Origin: an uncultured Chloroflexia bacterium
GTDB taxonomy: Bacteria; Chloroflexota; Anaerolineae; CG2-30-64-16
DNA length: 64,000 nucleotides
NCBI GenBank assembly: GCA_963810095.1
Contig: CAWEMM010000006.1
Location: forward strand, 320,001-384,000
Reading direction: 5' to 3'
Positions 1-11,022 of the stretch are shown piece by piece. Within the stretch, counting starts at the first letter, position 1. Every line of letters starts with the position of its first letter. A program made the position numbers and the translations under genes. The notes below the pieces were generated by a model. The model was not told where the DNA came from and did no database searches. It worked only from the letters and a program-made list of their open reading frames with translations.

Positions 1-689
1 TCGGGTACGTCGATCAACGTGTTCCAGTTGGCGGAGTTTCCCTTACTGGCCGCGGCCTTCTTAGGCGCACTCGAGCTGTAGGCGAGAGACAGCCCGGAGA
101 CGCTCGGCACGCTGTCGTTCGCGCTGAACAGGCGCACCTTGAGCTGCAGTGCGTCGGCCGCCGCCTTTTTGTTCGTCAGCACGAGCGTGTCGGTCGCCAC
201 ATAGCCATCGTCTCGCCCTGCAGCTTCACCGAATGCCGGTCAATGGCGCCGCCTTGCTCTTTGTCGTGCGACGCCCACACACCCATGTTGTACCACTTGG
301 TCCACCGCGTGCCGATATTGCGCGCGCAGCTGCACCTCCACCCACGTGCCGTCGGGCGTTTTCGCATTCCATGAGGCAATCGCTTCGCTGAAAGCGAAAG
401 GCCGGCGTGACCACCGGCCCTTCGGCCTCGCCTACCTTGTATGTCCCGCGGTTGTAAATGCCATCGGCGGGTCGGTTACGGACTGCGCGTTCGCCAGGTC
501 GAGCGTGAGCGTTTCGGCTGCGCAGTCGAAGGGTCACTGCCTGGACGTAAATGCGTTGAGATCGTCGCCGGTCCATTTCGTGAAGCCCGTCTGGTAGCCG
601 CCGCCCTTGTCGCCCGCAAATGCGGTCGCGGGTAGCGCAGCCAGGACAAGCACGACCAAACCAAGTCGAAGGAGAGTTACTGCGTGCAT
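1..689 (-). CDS. Secreted peptidase C39-like family protein, N-terminal part (runs off window; several frameshifts)
   Basis: Signal peptide MHAVTLLRLGLVVLVLAALPATAFA. Stitched frames read SEAIASWNAKTPDGTWVEVQLRA..GTRWTKWYNMGVWAS..RHSV..VATDTL..WNTLIDVP, typical of the N-terminal domain of C39-like peptidases. The catalytic domain lies outside the window. Confidence 0.6.
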
Positions 690-764
690 GGAGGACTCCT
701 CATTGAGGGAATAGAAGTACCGCACTCATTATAACGCAGGCCGCGGCTTCTGGTGACCCCAGAT

Positions 765-1708
765 TCAGGTTTCGGTCAGCGGCCTGATTTCCACCAGCGG
801 CATCAGCCGGCCGACGTCGTCGGGATCGAAGCGGCACGCCTCCCACGTGAGTGTGTTGGCCGCCGCAGCAGCCATTCCCAACCGCAGCGCGTCGAGCGGC
901 GACTCGCCCCGCAGGAGCCCGGCGACTAACCCTGCCGTCATCGCGTCGCCCGAGCCGATTGGATTCAGCGCCTGCACGGGCGGGGGGACGGCGTGCCAGG
1001 CGCCGTCGCCGGTCACCAACAGGCTGCCTCGCTCGCCGAGGGTCAGGATCGCCATCCGGGCGCCCGCCCCTCGCAAGTCGCGCGCACGGCCTGCTGCTCT
1101 CGGCCGCGTCGCCGAAGTTGCGGCTTACGAAGCCCTCTGCCTCGGCCAGGTTGACCTTCACGACGTCTGGGCCGGCGGCAAGGCCCTCCCGCAGCGCATC
1201 GCCGTACGTGTCGAGCAGCGTCAGCGCGCCCTGGCTTGCGCGCCCGCTCGATGAAGCGCCCGTAAAGGGTATCGGCGGCGGGCCCAGGCGAGCTGCCGCA
1301 CATACACAGCGCCGCAGCCCCCTTGACCAGCTGCTCAAACGCCACACCGGCGCGCTCCGCGTCCTCGGCGGCGAATTCGGCCGGCGGCGCATAAAACGCC
1401 CGCTGCGTCCCTTGCGCGTCGACGATCGTGATTTGCAGCCGCGTCTCGCCGCTCACCCACACGGGCGTCGCCTCGAACGGGTCGTCCTGCAGCACCTCTG
1501 CCACGTCGCGCCCGATCATCCCGCCGAGCGCCACCAACGAGTGAGCGGGCACGCCGAGCAATCCCAGCGCGCGTGCGACATTGTTCCCCTTCCCGCCCGC
1601 GATGTGAGTCACCCGGTGGGCCTCGGTGCGGTACACCGGCCGCATCTCGTCGACGAAGTAGGTCGTGTCCAGCACGGGGTTGAGCGTCACGCAGAGGGCA
1701 TATGCCAC
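765..1708 (-). CDS. 1-phosphofructokinase/PfkB family hexose kinase (frameshifted)
   Basis: ORFs 1043-1708 (VTLNPVLD, AGGKGNNVAR) and 765-1076 (NPIGSGDAMTAG), plus the middle frame LLDTYG..VVKVNLAEA. Confidence 0.9.
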
Positions 1709-1723
1709 CGCCCCCGCCCGCGC

Positions 1724-2738
1724 TCATTGCGCCCGCACCGTTTCGATAAACGCCAGCAGGTTCTCCAGCGGGACGTCGCCGGGCATGTCGTGCGACGGCG
1801 CGACGATGAATCCGCCGCCGCGGCCCAGCGTGTCCATCAAGCGGCGCACCTCGTCCCGCACCTGGCGGGGCGTGCCGAACGGCAGCAGCTGCTGCACGCT
1901 GACGCCGCCGTAGAAGGTGAGCGCGTCGCCGTAGCGCGACTTCATCTCCTGCAGGTCCATTACCTCGGGTTGGAACGGGTTGAACACCTGCAAGCCGATT
2001 TCGATGAGCTCGGGAAACAGGTCCTGCACCTTGCCGCACGAATGGAGACATACGGCCTTGCCCGCTGCGGCAACCCTCTTGTACATGGCGGCGGCCCGCG
2101 GCTTGATGAACTGGCGCCAGCGCTTTGCGCCGAACATCAGGCCGCGCTGCTGTCCCCAGTCATCACCGAAAAGCACGCCGTCGAAGGGTTGCTCGAGCAT
2201 CTGCGTCGAGCACCGCCATGTTCCACTCGAAGATCCGCTCGAGGAGGGCTTCGACGAAAGCGGGCGCTTCGATCATGTCGGCCATCAACGCCTCCATGCC
2301 CCGCAGCGTCCACGCCCGCTCGAACAGCGAGAAGCTGACGCTGAAAAGCTTGAAGCGCTGCGGGTGGGCGGCGAAGAAGCCCGGCAACCCGGCGTACCGG
2401 CGCGGGTCGAGCGGATCGGGCACGACGAGCGCCCCGAGGTCGCGCTCGGGCAGCACCCGGTTCGCCGGCACGCCGATGTCCCTATCGACGGTCTTGTTCC
2501 ATACGACGCCCCACTCGTCGCCGAACATGCCCGGCTCGGCAAGCGGCTCGTACTCGAGCCGCGACTTGTAGCGGACGATGTGATTGCCCAACAAGTCGTC
2601 GAGTTGGTGCGTGCCATAGTGGGCTTCCAGCTTGGCGCGGGCCGGCAGGGTCAGGTTGACCTGATAGGGAACAGAGTCGGGCTGTACGTGCCGGATGGCC
2701 TGCCAGACGCGCTGGCGTGGCGTAATGGCTGCGTTCAA
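1724..2738 (-). CDS. Uroporphyrinogen decarboxylase (URO-D)/MtaA-like family protein (frameshift near 2200)
   Basis: FERAWTLRGME, GDDWGQQRGLM, LHSCG, FYGGVSVQQLLPFGTP, GGGFIVAPSH motifs across ORFs 2163-2738 and 1724-2200. Confidence 0.85.
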
Positions 2739-3042
2739 CGGGGGCCTCCGAGGTGGTTTGGCACGGCAAGTATAACGTGCGGGGTCAAAAACCGGAAGGA
2801 TTTGAACGCTTTAGGCCGTGCTCATTTCTTCGCCCTCATGGCTTCACGCTCGCACCGTTCGGGCGTATAATGGGCGCGACTCCGTCAGCAAAACCCACAT
2901 CCGCGTGTCGCCAGGAGGACTGCAGTACCGTTCAGACCAACACGCTTGGCCTGACTGCCGGCTCACGCGGGTTCCTCCCGGCAGACCCCGGAGCGGCCGC
3001 CAGGGCAGCCTGACCCCGCTGGCTTCCCAACTGGCGTTGTAT

Positions 3043-3081
3043 TTGACACCCTATTGTGCAACTCGTTGCACTGTTGTAATA
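3043..3081 (+). promoter_or_regulatory. Putative promoter/operator upstream of the Mg/Mn transport genes
   Basis: TTGACA at 3043-3048, followed by the palindrome GTGCAAC-tc-GTTGCAC (3056-3071). Confidence 0.35.
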
Positions 3082-3117
3082 TTCCTGACCCGTATTTCGT
3101 TGCGCAGAGCAGGAGGG

Positions 3118-4380
3118 ATGACCATGACCTACATGAGTCAGCTCATCGGGAAGACGGTCGCCGACGTGAACGGCGAGCGTGTGGGCCGGCTGGACGACCT
3201 GGTGGTCACCGCAGGGGGCCAGGTGCACCCCGTGGTGAGTGCCTTGGTCGTCAAGGGCCGCAACGCGAAACCACTGCTGGTGCCCATCACCGACGTCGCG
3301 GTGCTGATCGCACCGGCTATCCCCCTGAAGAAACGCAGAGCGGAAATCACGCCCTACGTGCCCGGCGAGCGCGATCTTTTCCTGGCACGCGACATTCTCG
3401 ACAAGCAAATCATCGATATGAACGGGATGCGGGTCGTTCGTGTGAACGACCTGGATCTGGCGTGGGTGAACGGCAATTTCTATGTCGCGAATGTGGACAT
3501 CGGCGGCATGGGGCTGATGCGCCGCCTGGGGCTGGCCGGCCCGACGGAAAAGGTCGCCGGCCGGCTTGGCAAGGCGCCCGCGGGGGGGGTGATCCCTTGG
3601 GACACCGTGGAGCTGCTGCCCGGCAACCAGCCGCTCCGCCTGAAGGTGCCCAGCGACAAGCTGTCCGAGCTGCACCCGGCCGATCTCGCCGAAATCATCA
3701 GCGATTTGAGCCGAGCAGAAAGCAGCATGTTCCTCGACAACCTGGACCTCGAGACGGCGGCCGACACCCTGGAAGAGGTGGAGCCGGATTTCCAGGCGAG
3801 CCTGGTCGAGGGGATGTCTGACGAAAAGGTTGCAGACCTCCTGGAGGAAATGGCGCCCGACGAGGCCGCCGACCTCCTGGCCGAGCTGCCCGAGGAACGC
3901 AGCCAGGAACTCCTCAGCCTGATGGAGCGCGACGAAGCCGACGACGTCCGGAAGCTGCTCGCCTACGACGTGGATTCGGCCGGCGGCATCATGACGACCG
4001 AGTACATTGCGGTACCGGTAGGCCTGTCAGCCGAAGAAGCGCTGGCCTATATCCGCGAGAACTCGGACGAGGCCGAAACGATCTTTTATGTCTACGTCAC
4101 CGAGTCCGCCGGTCGCCTGTCCGGCGTGTTTTCGCTGCAAGACCTGGTGCTTGCGAAGCCCAATACGCCGGTGGAAGAGTTCATGCACCACCGTGTAGTG
4201 AGCGTGCACCCGGCGGCCAGCCAGGAAGAAGTGGCGGAGGTGGTCGCCAAGTACAACCTGCTGGCAGTGCCGGTCGTAGACGACGAGGGCCGCTTGCACG
4301 GCATCGTCACGGCGGACGATGCCTTGGACAAGCTCATCCCGACGGCCTGGAAGAAACGCCTGCCGAAGATGTACCGGTAG
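3118..4380 (+). CDS. MgtE N-terminal/CBS domain protein with PRC-barrel (soluble, no TM domain)
   Basis: RBS AGGAGG then ATG at 3118. LHPADLAEII, MAPDEAADLLAEL, SAGGIMTTEY motifs and a CBS pair (KYNLLAVPVVD). Confidence 0.9.
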   Translation: MTMTYMSQLIGKTVADVNGERVGRLDDLVVTAGGQVHPVVSALVVKGRNAKPLLVPITDVAVLIAPAIPLKKRRAEITPYVPGERDLFLARDILDKQIIDMNGMRVVRVNDLDLAWVNGNFYVANVDIGGMGLMRRLGLAGPTEKVAGRLGKAPAGGVIPWDTVELLPGNQPLRLKVPSDKLSELHPADLAEIISDLSRAESSMFLDNLDLETAADTLEEVEPDFQASLVEGMSDEKVADLLEEMAPDEAADLLAELPEERSQELLSLMERDEADDVRKLLAYDVDSAGGIMTTEYIAVPVGLSAEEALAYIRENSDEAETIFYVYVTESAGRLSGVFSLQDLVLAKPNTPVEEFMHHRVVSVHPAASQEEVAEVVAKYNLLAVPVVDDEGRLHGIVTADDALDKLIPTAWKKRLPKMYR

Positions 4381-4393
4381 CAACGACCGGCTC

Positions 4394-4465
4394 AACCACA
4401 AAGACACGAAGCCACGAAGGGGCATAGGGCTTTGTGGGGCTTTGCGTGCTTCGTGCCCCAGTGGT
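4394..4465. repeat. Imperfect palindromic intergenic repeat, family A (ACCACAAAGACAC...)
   Basis: Arms accacaaagacacgaagccacgaag / ctttgcgtgcttcgtgccccagtggt. The 13-mer ACCACAAAGACAC recurs inverted near 49167-49179. Confidence 0.6.
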
Positions 4466-4493
4466 GTCGTTCTGATGACGCGGGGGAGAGCCT

Positions 4494-5753
4494 ATGACGC
4501 TCGGACAACGCTTGCGCCCATTTCGCATCCGGCTGCTCCTGCTGCTGTCGGTGGTGGGACCCGGCATTATCACGGCCAACGTCGACAATGACGCCGGCGG
4601 CATCACGACCTACTCCGTTGCGGGCGCACATTACGGTTACAGCCTGCTGTGGATGATGCCGCTGGTCTTGCTCGCCCTGATCATCGTGCAGGAGATGAGC
4701 GCGCGGCTCGGCGTGGTGACGGGCAAGGGCCTGGCCGACCTGATCCGTGAGTCGCTGGGCCTGCGGCTGACGGCGCTGGTCCTCGGCATCCTCATGTTCG
4801 CCAACCTGGCGAACACGGTCAGCGAGTTTGCGGGTGTTGCGGCCAGCATGGAAGTCTTCGGCGTCAGCAAGTACATTTCGGTGCCGATTGCCGCCGTGCT
4901 CGTCTGGCTCCTCATCGTCAAGGCTAACTACAAACTCGTCGAACGCATCTTCCTGGTCGTAAGCGCGATTTACCTCACGTACATCATTTCCGGCGTGCTG
5001 GCGCGGCCCGACTGGGGCGAGATCGCCAAGCAAACGGTTACCCCGTCCTTTTCCTTCGAGGCCGGCTACGTCACGATCTTCGTAACGATCATCGGCACGA
5101 CCATTGCGCCGTGGATGCAGTTCTACCAGCAGTCGTCGATCGTGGATAAGGGCCTGAAGATTACCGACTACGCTTACGAGCGCATCGACGTCGTGGTGGG
5201 TTCGATCTTTGCGGTGCTGGTCGCGAGCTTCATCATGATCGCGTGCGCGGCGACCTTGTACAAGGAAGGGGTCACCATCAATACGGCGCAAGATGCGGCG
5301 CTGGCGCTGAAGCCGCTGGCCGGGCCGTTCGCGTCGGGGCTGTTTGCGCTGGGTTTGCTCAACGCGTCGGTCTTCTCGGCGGCCATCCTGCCGCTGAGCA
5401 CAGCCTACGTCGCCTGCGAAGCATTCGGGTGGGAGAAGGGCGTGGACCGCGGCTGGCGCGAGGCGCCGGTGTTCTTCAGCCTATACACGGCCTTCATCAT
5501 CGTGGGCGCGCTGATCATCCTGTTGCCGATCAAGTCGCTCATCCAGGCCATGTTGGCAAGCCAGACGCTGAACGGCGTGCTGCTGCCCGTCATCCTGATC
5601 GTGATGCTGCGCCTCATCAACGACCGGGGCTTGATGGGCCGCTTTGCCAACAGCCGGATTTTCAACATCATCGCCTGGCTCATGGTCGCCGTGCTGATCC
5701 TGCTCACGGTCATCCTCATCCTGGTGACCGTGTTCCCCAATCTGCTAAGCTAA
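4494..5753 (+). CDS. Nramp-family divalent metal transporter (NRMT-like)
   Basis: VVGPGIITANVDNDAGGITTYS, QEMSARLGVVTGKGL, IGTTIAPWMQFY; about 11 hydrophobic segments. Confidence 0.9.
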   Translation: MTLGQRLRPFRIRLLLLLSVVGPGIITANVDNDAGGITTYSVAGAHYGYSLLWMMPLVLLALIIVQEMSARLGVVTGKGLADLIRESLGLRLTALVLGILMFANLANTVSEFAGVAASMEVFGVSKYISVPIAAVLVWLLIVKANYKLVERIFLVVSAIYLTYIISGVLARPDWGEIAKQTVTPSFSFEAGYVTIFVTIIGTTIAPWMQFYQQSSIVDKGLKITDYAYERIDVVVGSIFAVLVASFIMIACAATLYKEGVTINTAQDAALALKPLAGPFASGLFALGLLNASVFSAAILPLSTAYVACEAFGWEKGVDRGWREAPVFFSLYTAFIIVGALIILLPIKSLIQAMLASQTLNGVLLPVILIVMLRLINDRGLMGRFANSRIFNIIAWLMVAVLILLTVILILVTVFPNLLS

Positions 5754-8700
5754 GCGGGCGGCCTGTTCCATGATGGCCCGGTGCCAGGGGACGTTGTCGA
5801 GCAGCGACATGCGCGCGGCTTCGCCGGTAAAAGGCGCGGCCATGTCTTCCAACCAGGCGCGAGCGGCCGCAATCACCTGGGCGGCGCGTGGGTCGGCCGC
5901 CGCCTGCAGCGCCCGGTAGCACCCCCAGATCACCCGTAGCGGCTGCTCCGTGCCATTGAGCGCGGCCCGGTTTTCCACGTGCGGCCCACCCAGCCCGGCC
6001 AGGAGCGTCTCGGCAGTGCTCAAAGCCTCGGCATCTGCTCCAAGTTCGAGGTAGACGTGGCACAGTGCGCCGAGCGCTTCGAGAACCAGCGCCTCGTTGC
6101 CCAGCGCCCGCCGCAGCTCCAGCGCCGCCTGCGCCGGCGCCAGCGCCTCTTCCGGCCGGCCGGTCCCGCAGAAGACATACGCCTGGCACGTCAGCGCGTA
6201 CGCTTCCATCAGCCGGTTGCCCAGCTTCGGCGTGAGCAGCAGGCACTGCTCCACGCACCTTTCGGCTTCAGCGTAGTTGCCGCTCGCCTCCGCGGCAATC
6301 GCCATGTTGACCCAGACGGACTCCTGGTCGGGCAACTCGCGGGCTTCACGAAACAAGAGCAGCGCTTGTTTGAAGTCCGCATCGGCGCGGTCATAGTTGC
6401 CCACCTGCGTCGCCATCCAACCGGTATTGATCAGGACAATCGCCTCCCCGGAGATATCGCCTAGCAGGCGGGTCAAGTCCAAGGCTTCCCCGTATAACGC
6501 CAACGCTCGCGGCAAGTCGCCCACTGCGCCCACAGAAACGGCCAGGTTGTTGAGCGCTTTGGCCAACTGGCGCTCGTCGCCGATAGACCACGCGATCTCA
6601 CATGCCTGCTCGTGCGACGCGCGCCCATGTTCGAGATCACCTTGCATGATTGCGGCCAGGCCGTCGACCCCGAGGGCTTTGGCCTGCAGCAGCAGGTTGT
6701 TCAGCTCGTGGCCAAGGCGATGCGCTTCGGCGAAACACGCCCGGGCGGCGGGATATTCGCCCCGGCGCATGAGTAGGCTGCCGATCACCAGTTGTGCGCT
6801 GGCCTCGACGTCGCGCCGGCCCGAACGCCGGCTGAGAGCGATCGCCTGCTCGCTGACGGCAATCGCCTGGTCGGGCTGCCCCTGGAGGAGCAAGGTGTCG
6901 CCGCGGCGGTAGGCGGCATCGGCGCGCATCCCGTCATCGTCCAGCGCGTCGGCCAACTGCTCCAGCGCGGCTATATCCGCCAGTCGTTCGTCGAGACGGG
7001 CGATCACGGCATAAACAGACTCCCGGACCGCGATGACCTCCCAGCGCTCGGCCTGCGCCTCTGAAGGCAGCAGCGCAAGCAGGCGCGTATAGTGTTCGAT
7101 CGCGCTCGCATTGAGGTACGTCTCGCGGGCCGCGTCTGCGGCAAGCCGGAGATAGACGCGAGCCTTCTCTTGCAAGCCGGCCTGCTCGGCATGATAGGCC
7201 AGTTCGCCGTACCGGGCGCGCAGGTCATCCCGATACAGGTTTTCGAGCGCGGTCACCGCCAGCGCGTGCAGCGCCTGCCGACGGCTGCTAACCTGCATTT
7301 GATAGGCCGCGTCGCGCAGCAGTGCGTGCCGGAAGAGGTACTTGAGCTCGGTCAACGCCGCCCAGATCGCCTGCCGCTCGGCCGCCGCTACCATTTCTGC
7401 GACGGCCCGGCCGCGCAGCATCTCCGAAAGCAGGCGCACTTCAAACTCGCGACCCAGCACTGCGGCCGTTTGCACCGTCTCGCGGATCTCGCGGCCGAGC
7501 CGGTCGAGCCGTGCGACGAGCAGCGCCTGGAGCCCGTCGGGCAGGGGGGCCAAGCCGGCCTCGGCCAGCCGCCAGCCCGACCCGCTCTGCACCAACTGGC
7601 CCTGCTCCTGGAGGTAGACCAGCAGTTGCTCGGCAAAGAAAGGATTACCGTCAGCCCGGCCTTCGAGCAGGTCGACTACGGCAGGCTCGACCGGCCCGCC
7701 CAACAACGCAACCGCGAGCGCTTCGAGTTGCGCTCGGCCCAGCGGCCCGAGCAGCAGTTCCTTCGTGCGCAGAGTGGGGGGCAGCGCGCCCGGTTCTGGC
7801 CGCCCGGTCATCAAGATCGCAACGCGGGGGCCGCGCCCTCGTCAGTCCACAAGACGTCCTGCAGCCGGAGCAAAAACGCCTGCGAGTCTGTGTCCAGCCA
7901 ATGCACATCTTCGATCACGAGGATCACCGGCTCGACGAGGCCGGCAGCCTGGATCAAAGCGGCAAGGGCCAGGAGGGTGTTGTCGTGCCGCGCCTGTGGG
8001 TCGAGCTGTTCGTAGAGCGAGTCGGGCCAATATAGCCCGACCAGCGCGCCCAGGAAAGACCGCGTCCGGTCCAGTTCGTCCTTCAGCCTGGCATCAGGGG
8101 TCGCAGCGATGAGGTCGTCCACCACCCGATTGAAGGCGCGCTTGTTCCTCGCTTCGGCCAGGCCCTCTGAAATCCCGAAGTAGTTCTTCAGCCAGTAGCG
8201 AAACGGATTGAGCGATTCGCGCAGGATCACGTCGCTCTGGGCAACGAACGACCCGAACCGGCGCCGGCCGTCCTTCTGCAGGGTCGCGATGAACTCGTGC
8301 ACCAGCCGGCTTTTGCCCGCGCCGGCCTCACCCCACACGACCAGCATGGGCATCACGTCGTCGCCCCGCCTCCTGCTCGCCCACAGCGGCTCGACAAAGT
8401 CGGCGAGCGCGTGCAGTTCTGGGTCCCGCCCGGTGAGGGCGCCCCGGTAGAACGTCTCGACGAGCTCCTTCCGCTCCAACAGCCGGTAAACCTTCTCCGG
8501 CTGCGTGAAGCCCTTGAAGCTACGTTCGCCGACGTACTCTATTTCGAACTCCGTCTCAGCCCGGCGGGCAATGTGTTCGTCAAGCCAAACTTCGCCGCGG
8601 GGCGCCGTGGTCATGAAGCGGGCGGCCAGGTTCACCCCCCGGCCGAACACGGCATACTCCTCGGAAAGCTCGCTGCCCGCGAACCCGGCATGCGCCGACA

Positions 8701-9673
8701 GGTACGTCACCCCGGCGTTGATCGGCAGCGCGGTCTCGGTTTGCAGGTCGAGCACGAAGCTCAGCGCACGTTGGATGTCCTTCTCGTAGGCGACGGGCGC
8801 GCCCCAGGTTACCAACAGGTGCACACCTTTGTCCCCGAACTGCAGCTTGAGCAGCCCGCCGTAACGATCCAGCAGCCCGAACACGATCTGCATGAAGCCG
8901 TCCAGTTGGGCCTCGGTGCGGATGCCGGGTAGGCTGACGAAGAGGTGCGTGACCTGGCGGAACTCCGCGCCGAACGCCTGGTCGAGCGGCAGGGCAGGAT
9001 AGAAGACCGCGGCGGCCTCGGCGTCCACGGGGTGAGTGACGAAAGGGCGAGCGTTCGGCAGCGGACCGTCCACCGAGATTAGCCGGAAGTGCTCGCCTGC
9101 CGGAGTGGTCGTGATCCGCTCGCCAAGCCGCGGCCGCAGGGCACGGTGCAAGACGACCTGGCCCGGACCGCCGTCATGCTCGGCCGCCACCGCACCGTCG
9201 ATGGCTGCGCCGGCGAAATAGAAGGCCGCTCGCAGCCGGTCTACCGCCTCCAAAATGCCCCAGCGCACCTCGCCCGCGCTCAGGCCGATCTCCGCGGTGA
9301 CCGTCGAATGCCCATAGGGCGTGGCGAAAATCGGGTGTGCTGCGGCCCGCTGGCAGATCGTGACTGCAGCGGCGAGGCTGCGCGCCAGGAATTCGTCGCT
9401 CTCGCCCTCCTGGCGGAAGACGGCCATGAAGCTGTCGCCGCCATGGGTTGCGACAAAACCGCCAAACTCGAACACGGCCGCGATCAGCGGCTCGAACGCC
9501 GAGCGCATCACCCCCGCAAGCGCCTCGGCGCCCGCCTGGCCGTGTTCCATGAGCGCATCTGTCATCGCCGAGAAGCCGGTGATATCGACGAACAAGCAGG
9601 CTGCCTCAAAGGCGCCGCGGCTCGCACCCGCAGACCGCTGCTGCAGGATAAACTCGGGGACAAGGCGATGCAT
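5745..9673 (-). CDS. Adenylate/guanylate cyclase (tandem class III domains) + AAA/STAND ATPase + TPR repeats; probably one gene split near 7812
   Basis: LFVDITGFSAMT/GGDS, FGDKG..GRGVNLAARFM, Walker A GEAGAGKSR, Walker B LVIEDVHW, GNPFFAEQL, YLFRHALLRDAAY, TPR-like C-terminus. ORFs 7811-9688 and 5745-7814 abut. Confidence 0.85.
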
Positions 9674-9867
9674 GTGCCAACCTCTCACATGGACTGGCCT
9701 CAGTTTACACCACTGCGTGCCGGCCGACTAAACCAGTCGCAAAATGAGCTTGCCTACACAGCGAGTCCTTGCCACCTTGCGATGAGTTCAGGCACCTGTC
9801 TGGTCTATGGCAGAGCGACATCGCTTTTGCCACTTTTCAATGCCCTTACATTCGCGGGGTATCGCCC

Positions 9868-9983
9868 AGAGGTGGCATAATAATCATAAAAGTATAAACA
9901 TCGCCAAAGAACACAGATCCCCCCGGCGGTGCCCGGCCGGCACGGTGAGATGTTTATATCTTTATGATTATTATGCCACATCT
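9868..9983. repeat. 35-bp AT-rich inverted repeat with 46-bp spacer (MITE/REP-like)
   Basis: agaggtggcataataatcataaaagtataaacatc (9868-9902) pairs with gatgtttatatctttatgattattatgccacatct (9949-9983) at 32/35 positions. Confidence 0.8.
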
Positions 9984-10058
9984 ATGGGGGGTCTCGCGAA
10001 TGCCAATACCTCCAAAACTGGCAGCTTATCATGCGCCTAACTGAATCGTACGCCGAAA

Positions 10059-10100
10059 CTGCGACCTGGAGACCTGCGAGGTCTCCGAGGCCCGCAGGTC
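10059..10100. repeat. Palindromic intergenic repeat, family B (GAGACCT(G/T)CGAGGTCT)
   Basis: ctgcgacctggagacctgcgaggtctccgagg; related copies at about 29990-30033 (inverted) and 53288-53322. Confidence 0.6.
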
Positions 10101-10120
10101 GGGCCGGCCACAAGAATCAC

Positions 10121-10156
10121 AAAGGACCAGGTTTCTGACCGAAACCTGGTCCTTTT
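10121..10156. terminator. Perfect 15-bp hairpin, probable terminator for the gene at 10214-10810
   Basis: aaaggaccaggtttc-tgacc-gaaacctggtccttt with T-runs on both strands. Confidence 0.55.
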
Positions 10157-10213
10157 CGTGCTGCGATTATGCGTGTTTGTGCTTAGCTACGCTCCTGTTC
10201 TGCCGGTTCAGCG

Positions 10214-10810
10214 TCAGGAAGACGAACCCGTCGACGGCGCGTTCGGGGTCGTCGGAGTCGTACCCGTGCCCGGCCTCGCGCCCGATCCAAAGTCGCCCCG
10301 GCCAAAGCCGCCGTGGCCGTGGCGCCCGCCACCAGGGCCGCCCAGCATTCCGAAGTCGCCGTGACCGCCGCCTACCCAACCCTTGTCGAGGCCAATCGTC
10401 CACCAATCCGCCTCTTCCTGGGTCATCGTGCCGTCCTTGACGGCCTGCGCCAGCTGCGCCTTCATTTCAGTCACGCGATCCGCATTCAGCGCGGTCTCGA
10501 TCGTCGCCAGGTCGACGCCCTTTTCGGTGGCAATCTGGCTGAGCGTCTTGCCGCCGTGCAGCGCCTCAAACAACTGCGCCGGGGTCATCCCCAGCTTTTC
10601 GGCGACGAGGTCGAACGCCGCCGAGTCGCCGCCCCGGAACCCGAAGCCGAGGCCCAACCCGTCCTGCTTGGGTTGGGTGGTGGTGGTGCCGGGCGTCGTC
10701 TGCGCGGGCGGCGTGGTCGTCTGTGCGAGCGCCGTGCCGACCGTGGCCATGCCGAGCGCAGTCACCAGTGCGATGGCGGTGAGCGTCAGCGCCAGCTTCC
10801 TTGTGATCAT
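10214..10810 (-). CDS. Secreted helical hypothetical protein with Gly-rich tail
   Basis: RBS AAGGAG, signal peptide MITRKLALTLTAIALVTALGMATVGTALA, then AEKLGMTPAQL..GKTLSQIATEKGVD..AVKDGTMTQEEAD. Confidence 0.8.
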   Translation of the reverse strand: MITRKLALTLTAIALVTALGMATVGTALAQTTTPPAQTTPGTTTTQPKQDGLGLGFGFRGGDSAAFDLVAEKLGMTPAQLFEALHGGKTLSQIATEKGVDLATIETALNADRVTEMKAQLAQAVKDGTMTQEEADWWTIGLDKGWVGGGHGDFGMLGGPGGGRHGHGGFGRGDFGSGARPGTGTTPTTPNAPSTGSSS

Positions 10811-11022
10811 GTCTTGCTCCTTCAGGTGATTGTCCGGCGGGGCATCGCCCGCCTGCACTCGTAACTCTAGCAGCCGCCTGTTTAGGTTGTGTCAAGATCA
10901 GGTCAGTTTCGCGTTGGATCGCTCCCGATCTCACAGATGCCGGTAGACTTTGCCGGAACGCGCGCCCGGTGCTATATTGACCCGACGTGCAGGGGCCGTA
11001 CAACGCGGCAGGGAGGTGCTGA

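Noticed and set aside
2905-3013. Possible remnant of a fucose-isomerase-like N-terminus (TLGLTAGSRGFLP) behind AGGAGG
   Set aside because: Too short, no start codon at proper spacing, and the similarity could be chance.
9870-9898. dif/Xer site (ggtggcataa resembles a XerC arm)
   Set aside because: No TTATGTTAAAT-like XerD arm at 6-bp spacing; kept only as an inverted repeat.
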